A stretch of 64,000 bases of DNA from Gammaproteobacteria bacterium (GTDB taxonomy: Bacteria; Pseudomonadota; Gammaproteobacteria; SZUA-152), in NCBI GenBank assembly GCA_013152545.1, contig JAADGF010000105.1, positions 27,950-91,949 of the forward strand. Direction: 5' to 3'. The translations under genes were made by a program, and so were the position numbers. The notes beneath the pieces are model-generated. The model searched no databases, had not been told where the DNA came from, and was given only the letters and a program-made list of their open reading frames with translations. The number at the start of each line of letters is the position of its first letter. Position 1 is the stretch's first letter. Of the stretch, positions 56,778 through 64,000 are shown piece by piece.

Positions 56778-57605
56778 ATGTTCAATTTTAAAAAACCATT
56801 GACGTTAACGACCAGCCTGCTTCTCGGGGTGCTGACCAGCTGCGGGCTCACAGGAAAAACCATGAAACTGACTGACTTTTTTAAACCCGAGATGGTTGAA
56901 TTGATTCGCGCCATCGAAAAAGACGACGAAGCCAAGGCCCGTGCTCTTATCGCGCAGGGCCTGTCACTGAATGTGCAGGGCGACGAAGGCATTACGCCGT
57001 TGTTCTGGTTAATGACACAAAAAAATAAAGCCGGGATGCGCCTGGCCATCAAGCTGGGGGCTGATCCAAATTTTGCCGACCCGAACGGGGACAGCCCGGT
57101 CGTTTTTGCAGCAGGCGCTAATGACGACGAATTGTTACTGATTCTGCTGGAAGGGGGGGGGAATCCCAATGCGGTGGATAGCGATGGCCACCCGGCGATA
57201 TTCGGCGCAATCGGTGGAGAACGTCTCGAACAGATCAAGATGTTGATGCGTTTTGGGGCAGATATTAATTTGACGGATCGATCAGGCCGTAACGGCGCCT
57301 TGTATGGAGCCGATATAAATCGATTCGAGATGGTGCATTATCTGATTGAGCAGGGTGTGGACTATGCTGTGCGTGACGCGACTCGCGGAGACATTGCGTG
57401 GAGTGTACATAATAAACTTTCCAAAAATTTACTCAGCCCCGAATACCCCGCCTACGGCTGGGCATTAAAAGTCAAACAGCAGTTGATTGATCTCGGGGTT
57501 AAATTCCCGCCACTCTCACCACGGGAAGTACGCTGGAAAGAAGGCAAACCGAATAAGTATGACATCAAGGCGCGTGAAAAAGAACGCCAGGAAAAGAAAC
57601 CCTAA
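56778..57605 (+). CDS. ankyrin-repeat lipoprotein (putative periplasmic immunity protein)
   Basis: Lipobox LLLGVLTSC followed by at least five ankyrin repeats (GITPLFWLM..., GDSPVVFAAG..., GHPAIFGAI..., GRNGALYGA...). Starts 5 nt after the lipase stop. Confidence 0.85.
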   Translation: MFNFKKPLTLTTSLLLGVLTSCGLTGKTMKLTDFFKPEMVELIRAIEKDDEAKARALIAQGLSLNVQGDEGITPLFWLMTQKNKAGMRLAIKLGADPNFADPNGDSPVVFAAGANDDELLLILLEGGGNPNAVDSDGHPAIFGAIGGERLEQIKMLMRFGADINLTDRSGRNGALYGADINRFEMVHYLIEQGVDYAVRDATRGDIAWSVHNKLSKNLLSPEYPAYGWALKVKQQLIDLGVKFPPLSPREVRWKEGKPNKYDIKAREKERQEKKP

Positions 57606-58168
57606 GGGAAATGATCGTAGCCGGATCCCGTTTTTGAAAGGTGTTAAATCGTTTTCCCTGACACGTATGACAATGGTGTGAGATCGACGACATCAGCCAG
57701 CGTTGTCAGAATCGTCTGTGTGGGTGGATCAGCTACTTCAAGCTGAGTAGAGGCTTAAAGTTGTAATTAGTTGGGTTGGATAATAACATTCATGAAATGT
57801 TGTAAAGAAATTAAATGCCCAAAATGCAGATTATCTAAGCTAAGCGTCAATTTGCTTTGCATCGAAACACCTCCGTGATGTATTAATTTAACATAAACCT
57901 TCTTGGATAACGAATTGGGGGAAAGATTCACCCGCGGATTCGACAGACCTTGCTCAACGTTTCGCCTTGGCTTTAGTTTCTAACATCTGGAGATAATCGG
58001 GTAGCCTTTTCTACGAACCTTGGCTTGTCACTGGCCGTCGCCGCATTTTGTGAGCGTTGCCATAATGTCCTCCCTTAGTAGTACGAGGACGTTATAGTTC
58101 AGTGTCCCAAATAGACGAAAAAGGCCCAATTAGCTTTTACACTAATCGAGCCTAACTTCATTGCTATA

Positions 58169-58259
58169 TGGCGGAGAGGCAGGGATTCGAACCCTGGGAG
58201 GGGATAAACCCTCAACGGTTTTCAAGACCGCCGCTTTCGACCACTCAGCCACCTCTTCC
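58169..58259 (-). tRNA. tRNA-Ser (anticodon UGA), class II with long variable arm
   Basis: Reverse complement GGAAGAGGTGGCTGAGTGGTCGAAAGCGGCGGTCTTGAAAACCGTTGAGGGTTTATCCCCTCCCAGGGTTCGAATCCCTGCCTCTCCGCCA. T-arm CAGGG-TTCGAAT-CCCTG; anticodon loop CTTGAAA. The acceptor stem needs a 1-nt bulge (extra A) on the 5' strand. Confidence 0.85.
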
Positions 58260-58610
58260 TTAAACTTTAAATGCGCTGTACGCCTATAATGCGTTGTTGT
58301 ACGAATACTTCCTTAATATTAACCTTACTATTTTTATTTACGTAAATTATTTACGTAAAATTACACCAATACCATATTTTATCGCTATCTTACTTCAAGT
58401 ATTGTTCAATTCTCACTCAAACCATCCAATTCTGCTATTGAATTCCTGGTATATACCGCTATATAACTGAGTAAGGCGCGAATAATACTGAAGATTTACC
58501 TTAAGTTCCACCTTGATCTTTGACTTTCGTTCAGGATATGCTTGAACTTATATGGTATAAAGCAGCTCCAAAAAGGCTAACTTGTTAAAATAACTGGAGG
58601 TTCTCCTACA

Positions 58611-59279
58611 ATGATGCAAAATAATGCTGTAGCTACAAGAACATCAGGTGCGGTTCTAGCTACAAACAAAATGATTCGTAATACCTACACTCTGTTGGCG
58701 ATGACGCTGATCTTCAGCGCAGCTACAGCGGGTATCGCAATGGTGATGAATATGCCATTCATGAATCCGTTTCTGGTATTGGGTGGTTTTTTTCTGTTGC
58801 TATTCCTGACTCATAAAACTGCGAATAGCAGCATGGGGTTATTGTTTGTTTTTGCATTAACCGGCTTTATGGGGTTAACTTTAGGTCCGACGCTGAATGC
58901 TTATTTAAGCATGTCGAATGGCAGCCAAATAGTAATGACAGCGCTGGGTGGAACCGGAGCAATTTTTCTGGGCTTATCTGGCTATGCATTAACCACCCGA
59001 AAAGACTTCAGCTTCATGGGCGGTTTCCTGATGGTTGGTATCCTGGTGGCATTCCTTGCTGGTATCGGGGCAGCCATTTTCAGTTTACCAATGCTGTCAC
59101 TCGCCGTTTCCGGCATGTTCGTGCTATTAATGTCCGGCCTGATCCTGTATCAAACCAGCCAAATCGTGAATGGCGGTGAAACCAATTATATTCTCGCAAC
59201 AGTCACTTTGTATGTGAGTATTTATAACTTGTTCCTAAGCCTACTGCACATTTTGGGCTCCTTAGGTGGGGATGATTAA
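58611..59279 (+). CDS. yccA: Bax-inhibitor-1/YccA family membrane protein (FtsH modulator)
   Basis: 222 aa; seven predicted TM helices; BI-1 family. Adjacent to tRNA-Ser(UGA) as yccA-serT are in E. coli. Confidence 0.88.
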   Translation: MMQNNAVATRTSGAVLATNKMIRNTYTLLAMTLIFSAATAGIAMVMNMPFMNPFLVLGGFFLLLFLTHKTANSSMGLLFVFALTGFMGLTLGPTLNAYLSMSNGSQIVMTALGGTGAIFLGLSGYALTTRKDFSFMGGFLMVGILVAFLAGIGAAIFSLPMLSLAVSGMFVLLMSGLILYQTSQIVNGGETNYILATVTLYVSIYNLFLSLLHILGSLGGDD

Positions 59280-59320
59280 ATCAGCACCTAATTGATTCAT
59301 CAGTAATTGTTCAATCAATG

Positions 59321-59344
59321 CCCCGCTACTGCGGGGCGTTTTGA
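59321..59344 (+). terminator. rho-independent terminator after yccA
   Basis: GCCCCGCtactGCGGGGC hairpin followed by GTTTTG. Confidence 0.6.
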
Positions 59345-59362
59345 TTATGGTCAGTTTTTTCG

Positions 59363-59989
59363 CTAAGACGACGGGCTTTCTTGTTTTTTATTTTCTTTAC
59401 GTTGTTGTAGCCCCAACACATCATTCACTACTCGATTTATCTTTTCGGCAATATCTGGCGCCTCAATATCGATCACCTGCTCCACCACCCACTTGCTATC
59501 GGTCTGTTTCATTCGCTCTGAAATGTTTAAGGCTAAATAACGGGTGAATTCGTAACTGGGCTTGTCATCTACAAAACCACATTCAGCATAGTTTGCCATG
59601 CGCTCATTCATTAAGCCAATAAACGCATCAACGTACTCGCCTTGCCCTAATAAGTCTGTTTTATTTTCCACCATCAAATCCACCAAGTACATTGCCGTAG
59701 CACTCATAAAACCGCTACGCTCCTCTTCAGAAAACAGGCTGTAAATAAGCCTGTCGGTGATATGCAGCTGGTAAATAACAAATTCACTAATCACGTTGAT
59801 GGTCTGGCTGTCTTCCTTGAAACGGTATCCTTCTTTTTCCATGCGCAAAAAGGCTTCTTTGGCCAGTTTCCAGATATTGATACCGATGACACTGGCCAGA
59901 TCTTGTAATTTTTTTGGGGCATTGGAGCCATGACGATTACGCTTTGAACGTTTTGACTTGTGCCATTTAGTTTTTAGCCTCACTGCCAT
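59363..59989 (-). CDS. hypothetical protein with Lys/Arg-rich N-terminus
   Basis: The ATG at 59989 has a GGAG Shine-Dalgarno (the track ORF starts at a TTG at 60010); MAVRLKTKWHKSKRSKRNRHG... then a roughly 180-aa acidic domain; no recognised family. Confidence 0.6.
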   Translation of the reverse strand: MAVRLKTKWHKSKRSKRNRHGSNAPKKLQDLASVIGINIWKLAKEAFLRMEKEGYRFKEDSQTINVISEFVIYQLHITDRLIYSLFSEEERSGFMSATAMYLVDLMVENKTDLLGQGEYVDAFIGLMNERMANYAECGFVDDKPSYEFTRYLALNISERMKQTDSKWVVEQVIDIEAPDIAEKINRVVNDVLGLQQRKENKKQESPSS

Positions 59990-60220
59990 CGCTGTAATCT
60001 CCAACGTCAATTACCCCGCCACAGGCACATCATCTGATTAAGGCATCTAGAAACATTTACGATTGAGAATAATTACAGCCAGTATAAACTAGAGATTGTG
60101 TCATCGATATACTCCTGATGCATTATCCTAAATTGTGGTTAATATTCAAGAACAACAACAAGACTGCAAAAAAACAATAGCCAGCGATAGAACGCCTATT
60201 TTTCACCTTGGAGTTAAGTC

Positions 60221-60649
60221 ATGAATGATAACGAATTTGAACTAAGCAGCGGCATTAATGCATTTGAAGCCAAAGATTTCACCCGCGCGATGCGGCTGTT
60301 ATCGCCTATCGCTGAACAGGGTAATGCCGAAGCGCAGTACCGCATGGGCATGATGTATCAAAACGGCCTGGGGAAGGTTAAAAATGATGAATATGCGGAA
60401 AAATACATGCGAGCAGCAGCTGATCAAGGTCACGCATACGCACAACATGGCCTAGGGATAATGTATTTATATGGTGAAGGTCTGGGAAAAGATGAAAAAC
60501 AGGCAGCGGAATGGTTTGTTAAAGCTGCCGAACAGGGCTTACCCGGCTCTCAAATGACCCTAGGCATGCTGTATGAAAAGGGTCAGGGCGTGGACAAAAA
60601 CGAGGTGGAAGCGAAACGCTGGTACAAGCGTGCTGAAAAACAACGCTGA
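60221..60649 (+). CDS. Sel1-repeat (TPR-like) protein
   Basis: 142 aa; three Sel1 repeats (AEAQYRMGMMYQNGLG..., AYAQHGLGIMYLYGEG..., PGSQMTLGMLYEKGQG...); GGAG Shine-Dalgarno; no signal peptide. Confidence 0.8.
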   Translation: MNDNEFELSSGINAFEAKDFTRAMRLLSPIAEQGNAEAQYRMGMMYQNGLGKVKNDEYAEKYMRAAADQGHAYAQHGLGIMYLYGEGLGKDEKQAAEWFVKAAEQGLPGSQMTLGMLYEKGQGVDKNEVEAKRWYKRAEKQR

Positions 60650-60764
60650 CGACAGAAACAAAAAAGGTGAGTGCCAAGCACCTTGCTTTCTTGTTCCCGA
60701 TGTTGCATGTCGCCAGTTACCTATTCGATACGAACGATAATGGTGGTTTTATTTGTCAATCTTT

Positions 60765-60962
60765 TTATTTTTCAACCCATTCGCCAAAATTATCAGAATT
60801 TTTTCCTTCACCGTCAATATAACCTGCTTCGTAGGCATCATTTAAACGTTGTTCTTCTCTTTTCGGATTATGCAAATAACCACTGGCCCAACCCACCACA
60901 TATTCCCGAGAAACATTAGCTTTTTCCATTTTATCAATGGATTCGTAGTACTCATTATTCAT
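60765..60962 (-). CDS. small hypothetical protein (65 aa)
   Basis: ATG start with a GGGAG Shine-Dalgarno about 11 nt upstream; acidic, Tyr/Gly-rich; no recognised domain. Confidence 0.45.
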   Translation of the reverse strand: MNNEYYESIDKMEKANVSREYVVGWASGYLHNPKREEQRLNDAYEAGYIDGEGKNSDNFGEWVEK

Positions 60963-61479
60963 TGCCCATCAACTCCCATCAATTATTAAAATTTATAAGC
61001 GCTACTGATAATGCACTCTTTATAAACATTATTTATAATCATGATTCATAATCTCTAACGCTTAAAATCTTACTCCAACAGAAAATTAGGTTATGCTTAT
61101 ATTACATCATAATCGAGGTATTGCAACGCTGGAACGAATATTGACCTATAAAGCATTTTAATTGCCATTGATCACTGAACCATCATAATAAAAATTTATA
61201 CCCTCATGCGATAACAACCAAACCATGACTACAATGACTACAATAAATAACACTCAAGTACCACCTTATGTCGTTAACGAAATTAAACCCATGAGTTTTA
61301 TCTTCGAAATTAACACTGCGCTTACTCAGAACATCTGCATGAACATTATTGAACGCTTCGAAGCAAACCCAGCACAACGTTGCCTGAGCTAACAACTTTT
61401 TTCACTAAGGAACATGCACCATTTAACCAGATATTTCGCAGACTCCAAGCAACCGCCAACAGAAAAAAGGTCAATATCA

Positions 61480-62154
61480 ATGTTATTACAAATTCCCGCT
61501 GTGTTTGATCAGGACAAACTGAACAATATTAGCAAAATACTCATCACCAACGCCTTTATCGATGGCAGGCAATCGGCGGGGCAAGCCGCCAAAGCGGTAA
61601 AACATAACGAGGAAATGCAGTCCAATCCACAACAAACAGAATACCTTGACCGATTAATCATGACCACACTTGCCGCTAATCGGACCTTCAGAGACGCGGT
61701 ATTACCCCACCAAGTCTCCCAACCGGTATTTGCACGTTATAGCACCACAATGCGCTACGGCAATCATATCGACGACCCCATCATGGGCGGCGCAAATGGC
61801 CGCTTTCGCAGTGATGTTGCCATAACCATCTTCCTGAATGCACCGACGGCCTATGAGGGCGGTGAATTAATCATCAACACTACATTTGGCGAAAGGCAGG
61901 TGAAACTGGCAGCAGGCGATGTCATCACCTACCCGGCATCCAGCATTCACCGAGTCAACGAAGTAAGTAGCGGTGAACGCTTGGTTGCCGTGTGTTGGGT
62001 CCAAAGCCTGGTCCGCGATGCCACCAAGCGGGAATTATTGTATGAACTTTGCCTGGCACGTCATGAACTCATGAACAATCACCCTGACTCAAAAACAACC
62101 CAGCAAGTTGATCATAGTTATGTCAATTTAGTGCGTATGTGGAGTGATGTATAG
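61480..62154 (+). CDS. PKHD-type Fe(II)/2-oxoglutarate-dependent hydroxylase (PiuC/YbiX-like)
   Basis: Aligns with E. coli YbiX from MLLQIPAVFDQDKL (ATG at 61480; the track ORF starts 22 codons upstream). The His-x-Asp...His facial triad positions are conserved (HIDD..., SIHRV). Confidence 0.85.
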   Translation: MLLQIPAVFDQDKLNNISKILITNAFIDGRQSAGQAAKAVKHNEEMQSNPQQTEYLDRLIMTTLAANRTFRDAVLPHQVSQPVFARYSTTMRYGNHIDDPIMGGANGRFRSDVAITIFLNAPTAYEGGELIINTTFGERQVKLAAGDVITYPASSIHRVNEVSSGERLVAVCWVQSLVRDATKRELLYELCLARHELMNNHPDSKTTQQVDHSYVNLVRMWSDV

Positions 62155-62670
62155 ACAAACCGCAAAACGACCGGCCATCTCAACAGCCGTTCAACCTATA
62201 TCAACTCAAACAAAATCTTTTAAATAGACAATACAAACAAATAGTTACAACCAAAGCAAAGGAATCATAATGCGATTCCCAGAACAATTACCCTAAACTT
62301 TACTTTATCCGTTAAATAACATTCAAGGCGCGAAAATAGGCCCATACTCGTTATCTGTAAGCTTTTGCGCAACACCGAAGACGCAAGGATAGATAAAAAC
62401 TAAAGGTTCACATTATTTCTTTACAGACCCTTCGTTAATCGCCCATCAAAGAGACGATGCAAAAAATTTAGACTCAAGCTCATCATAACATCGGCCGATT
62501 TAGACTGATGAGTTGCGCATAACGCGTTGTTTCGACAATTACAGCCATTAAGTGGTATAACCACAAGGCATCACCCCACACATCAGATGAGTTGTCACTA
62601 GAGCACTGAAGCTAAAAAACACATTGCGAATAACTCAACGAACAGGCTGACGACACCTAAACCGTAGACC

Positions 62671-64000
62671 ATGAATATTTTATTTCTAACAACACCAGCA
62701 CAACATGGCTACAACAATCCATCCGTCCCAATGAGTGCTAAAGAACTAAAGCAATGGCTCGACAGCTTACCGACCGACAATGTGTTGGAAACGGTGCATC
62801 AATTACGAGAAGCTATTGAAACCTTCAACGAAATACAGGTGGAAGATGCCAAAAGAATTAAATTACTTGAGCTTTATAAAGAGACTCTGGACCTTATCTT
62901 ATACTCCTACGACGAAATGCGCTTACGTCAACTGCCAATCCCGACAATACAACGGAAATCATTAGCAGAAGATATTATGTGGTTGTACCTTGGTTTGTCT
63001 AATGGTTATAAAACTGTCGTACTCCACAGTCATGAAAATCAATTAATGCCGTCACAGGATACAAAAATTTTATTAGCTGTCTACCGCGCCATGGAACTGA
63101 TTATTCATGCGCTAATTTATGCATTCCGCTCCCAGCATACAGCGCCCCCGCTTGCCTATTTGGAATTAAATCAGCTTTATTTTTTTGCAGAACAAGACGA
63201 GGCCCTGGCGCTAGCCGTTAAAGGCGTTAGAGGACATGCGGTTACGCCCTCAATAGATGTGCTCTTTAAACAATTTATGTTATTAATAGTAGCCGACCCC
63301 ACCAGCATAAAGCACACCCGGCTCTACCAACTTCATAGTGCACTGGAAACATTTACAACAAATTGTACGGTGCTCAAAGGCTATCAGGATAAAAACTCAC
63401 CCTATAAATATCGGCTGGATCTGATGGACGATACCCCACCAGGGTTGAGCAGCAACGACAATACCACATTTGTTTCTGACACAGTGCGAACACTGGATAT
63501 TTATCCTGCACTATCAGACATTGAAACTTGGATAACAACACATCTCAAACAAACCACAAACTATTTTGACGAACATGAATTGCATTTATTGGAAGAATAT
63601 TTATCTTCCGTCAACAACATCTGGGCACTAAAAAACATTAACCTGCCGACCAGTTCGCTAGTATCACTGACGATGGGAGCAACAAATATCCGACATTTAC
63701 TTAAAGAAACGTCCCTCGCAGTAGGAAACTACAATACGCCGCAACATAATATGGCTGCAGCACATGCAAATTGGCAAGTTATTGACAAACAGCTCAAAAA
63801 AATTACTATTCAAGGACAATTTTCACACCCTACTGACAGCCCATTAAATGGAGACATTGTCGGACTATTGAGCACTGAACAAGATACAGGAAACCCCGAA
63901 ATCACCATTGCCAGCATCTTGGAAACCACAAAAAATCATAGCGCATCAACCACACTGAAACTGCAACTCATCAACCACAATCCCACCCCCGTAACCTGTC
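62671..64000 (+). CDS. large hypothetical protein, 5' part (at least 443 aa; runs off window end)
   Basis: Uninterrupted frame from the ATG at 62671 (MNILFLTTPAQHGYNNPSVPMSAKELKQWL...) to position 64000. It is absent from the ORF track because no stop lies within the window. No family recognised. Confidence 0.6.
   Translation, partial: MNILFLTTPAQHGYNNPSVPMSAKELKQWLDSLPTDNVLETVHQLREAIETFNEIQVEDAKRIKLLELYKETLDLILYSYDEMRLRQLPIPTIQRKSLAEDIMWLYLGLSNGYKTVVLHSHENQLMPSQDTKILLAVYRAMELIIHALIYAFRSQHTAPPLAYLELNQLYFFAEQDEALALAVKGVRGHAVTPSIDVLFKQFMLLIVADPTSIKHTRLYQLHSALETFTTNCTVLKGYQDKNSPYKYRLDLMDDTPPGLSSNDNTTFVSDTVRTLDIYPALSDIETWITTHLKQTTNYFDEHELHLLEEYLSSVNNIWALKNINLPTSSLVSLTMGATNIRHLLKETSLAVGNYNTPQHNMAAAHANWQVIDKQLKKITIQGQFSHPTDSPLNGDIVGLLSTEQDTGNPEITIASILETTKNHSASTTLKLQLINHNPTPVTC

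Noticed and set aside
56753-57238. 161-aa minus-strand ORF
   Set aside because: It is antisense to the ankyrin-repeat lipoprotein gene, which has a clear lipobox and repeats. It is Pro/Ser-rich low complexity.
57790-57880. + strand 28-codon ORF MKCCKEIKCPKCRLSKLSVNLLCIETPP with a CxxC...CxxC pattern
   Set aside because: It has no ribosome-binding site and overlaps the better-supported minus-strand mini-ORF. The Cys spacing is probably coincidental.
62477-62514. CTGATGAG motif with an adjacent inverted repeat (AGCTCATCA / TGATGAGTT), reminiscent of a hammerhead ribozyme core
   Set aside because: No GAAA core element or properly placed stems I and III could be assembled. The adjacent AACGCGTT is a simple palindrome. 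This is most likely chance.

Overview
The window reads as a gammaproteobacterial chromosome segment (possibly methanotroph-like; the taxon is uncertain), roughly 85% coding. It has two parts: conserved minus-strand core operons up to about 44.3 kb, then a patchy accessory stretch from about 44.4 to 64 kb.

Core region (1 to ~44.3 kb), mostly minus strand:
- carB(partial)/carA/dapB, then the heat-shock operon hrcA-grpE-dnaK-dnaJ.
- nadK-recN on the plus strand, then fur.
- A glycogen cluster: malQ, a GH57 enzyme and glgC, divergent from glgB-glgA, followed by glk-pgl.
- purA-hisZ-(DUF2065)-hflC-hflK-hflX-hfq-miaA-rimI, a family-4 UDG, leuA, pssA-psd and ilvC-ilvH-ilvI.

Two repeat families are scattered among these operons:
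- Family 1: a ~160-bp element in four same-orientation copies, each upstream of a minus-strand gene (carB, dnaK, pgl, psd).
- Family 2: a ~185-bp palindromic MITE-like element with two full copies, one partial copy and one solo end, all at gene 3' ends.

Accessory region (~44.4 to 64 kb):
- A 1.4-kb ORF-poor stretch, then a small hypothetical gene, a CheY-like response regulator and a hybrid histidine kinase.
- An integron-type integrase (IntI) pseudogene truncated by an IS3-family orfA fragment.
- A conserved ybbA/ybbP-like ABC transporter divergent from tesA.
- A decayed transposase-like stretch, then a class-3 lipase-like protein immediately followed by an ankyrin-repeat lipoprotein. This pair is the best candidate for an uncharacterised antibacterial effector/immunity module. 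It sits on the 3' side of a tRNA-Ser(UGA) gene next to yccA.
- A cluster of uncharacterised genes (a Sel1-repeat protein, a PiuC-like hydroxylase and a large partial ORF).

Several starts in the supplied ORF track are non-ATG or too far upstream and are corrected below. No CRISPR array and no rRNA genes were found.
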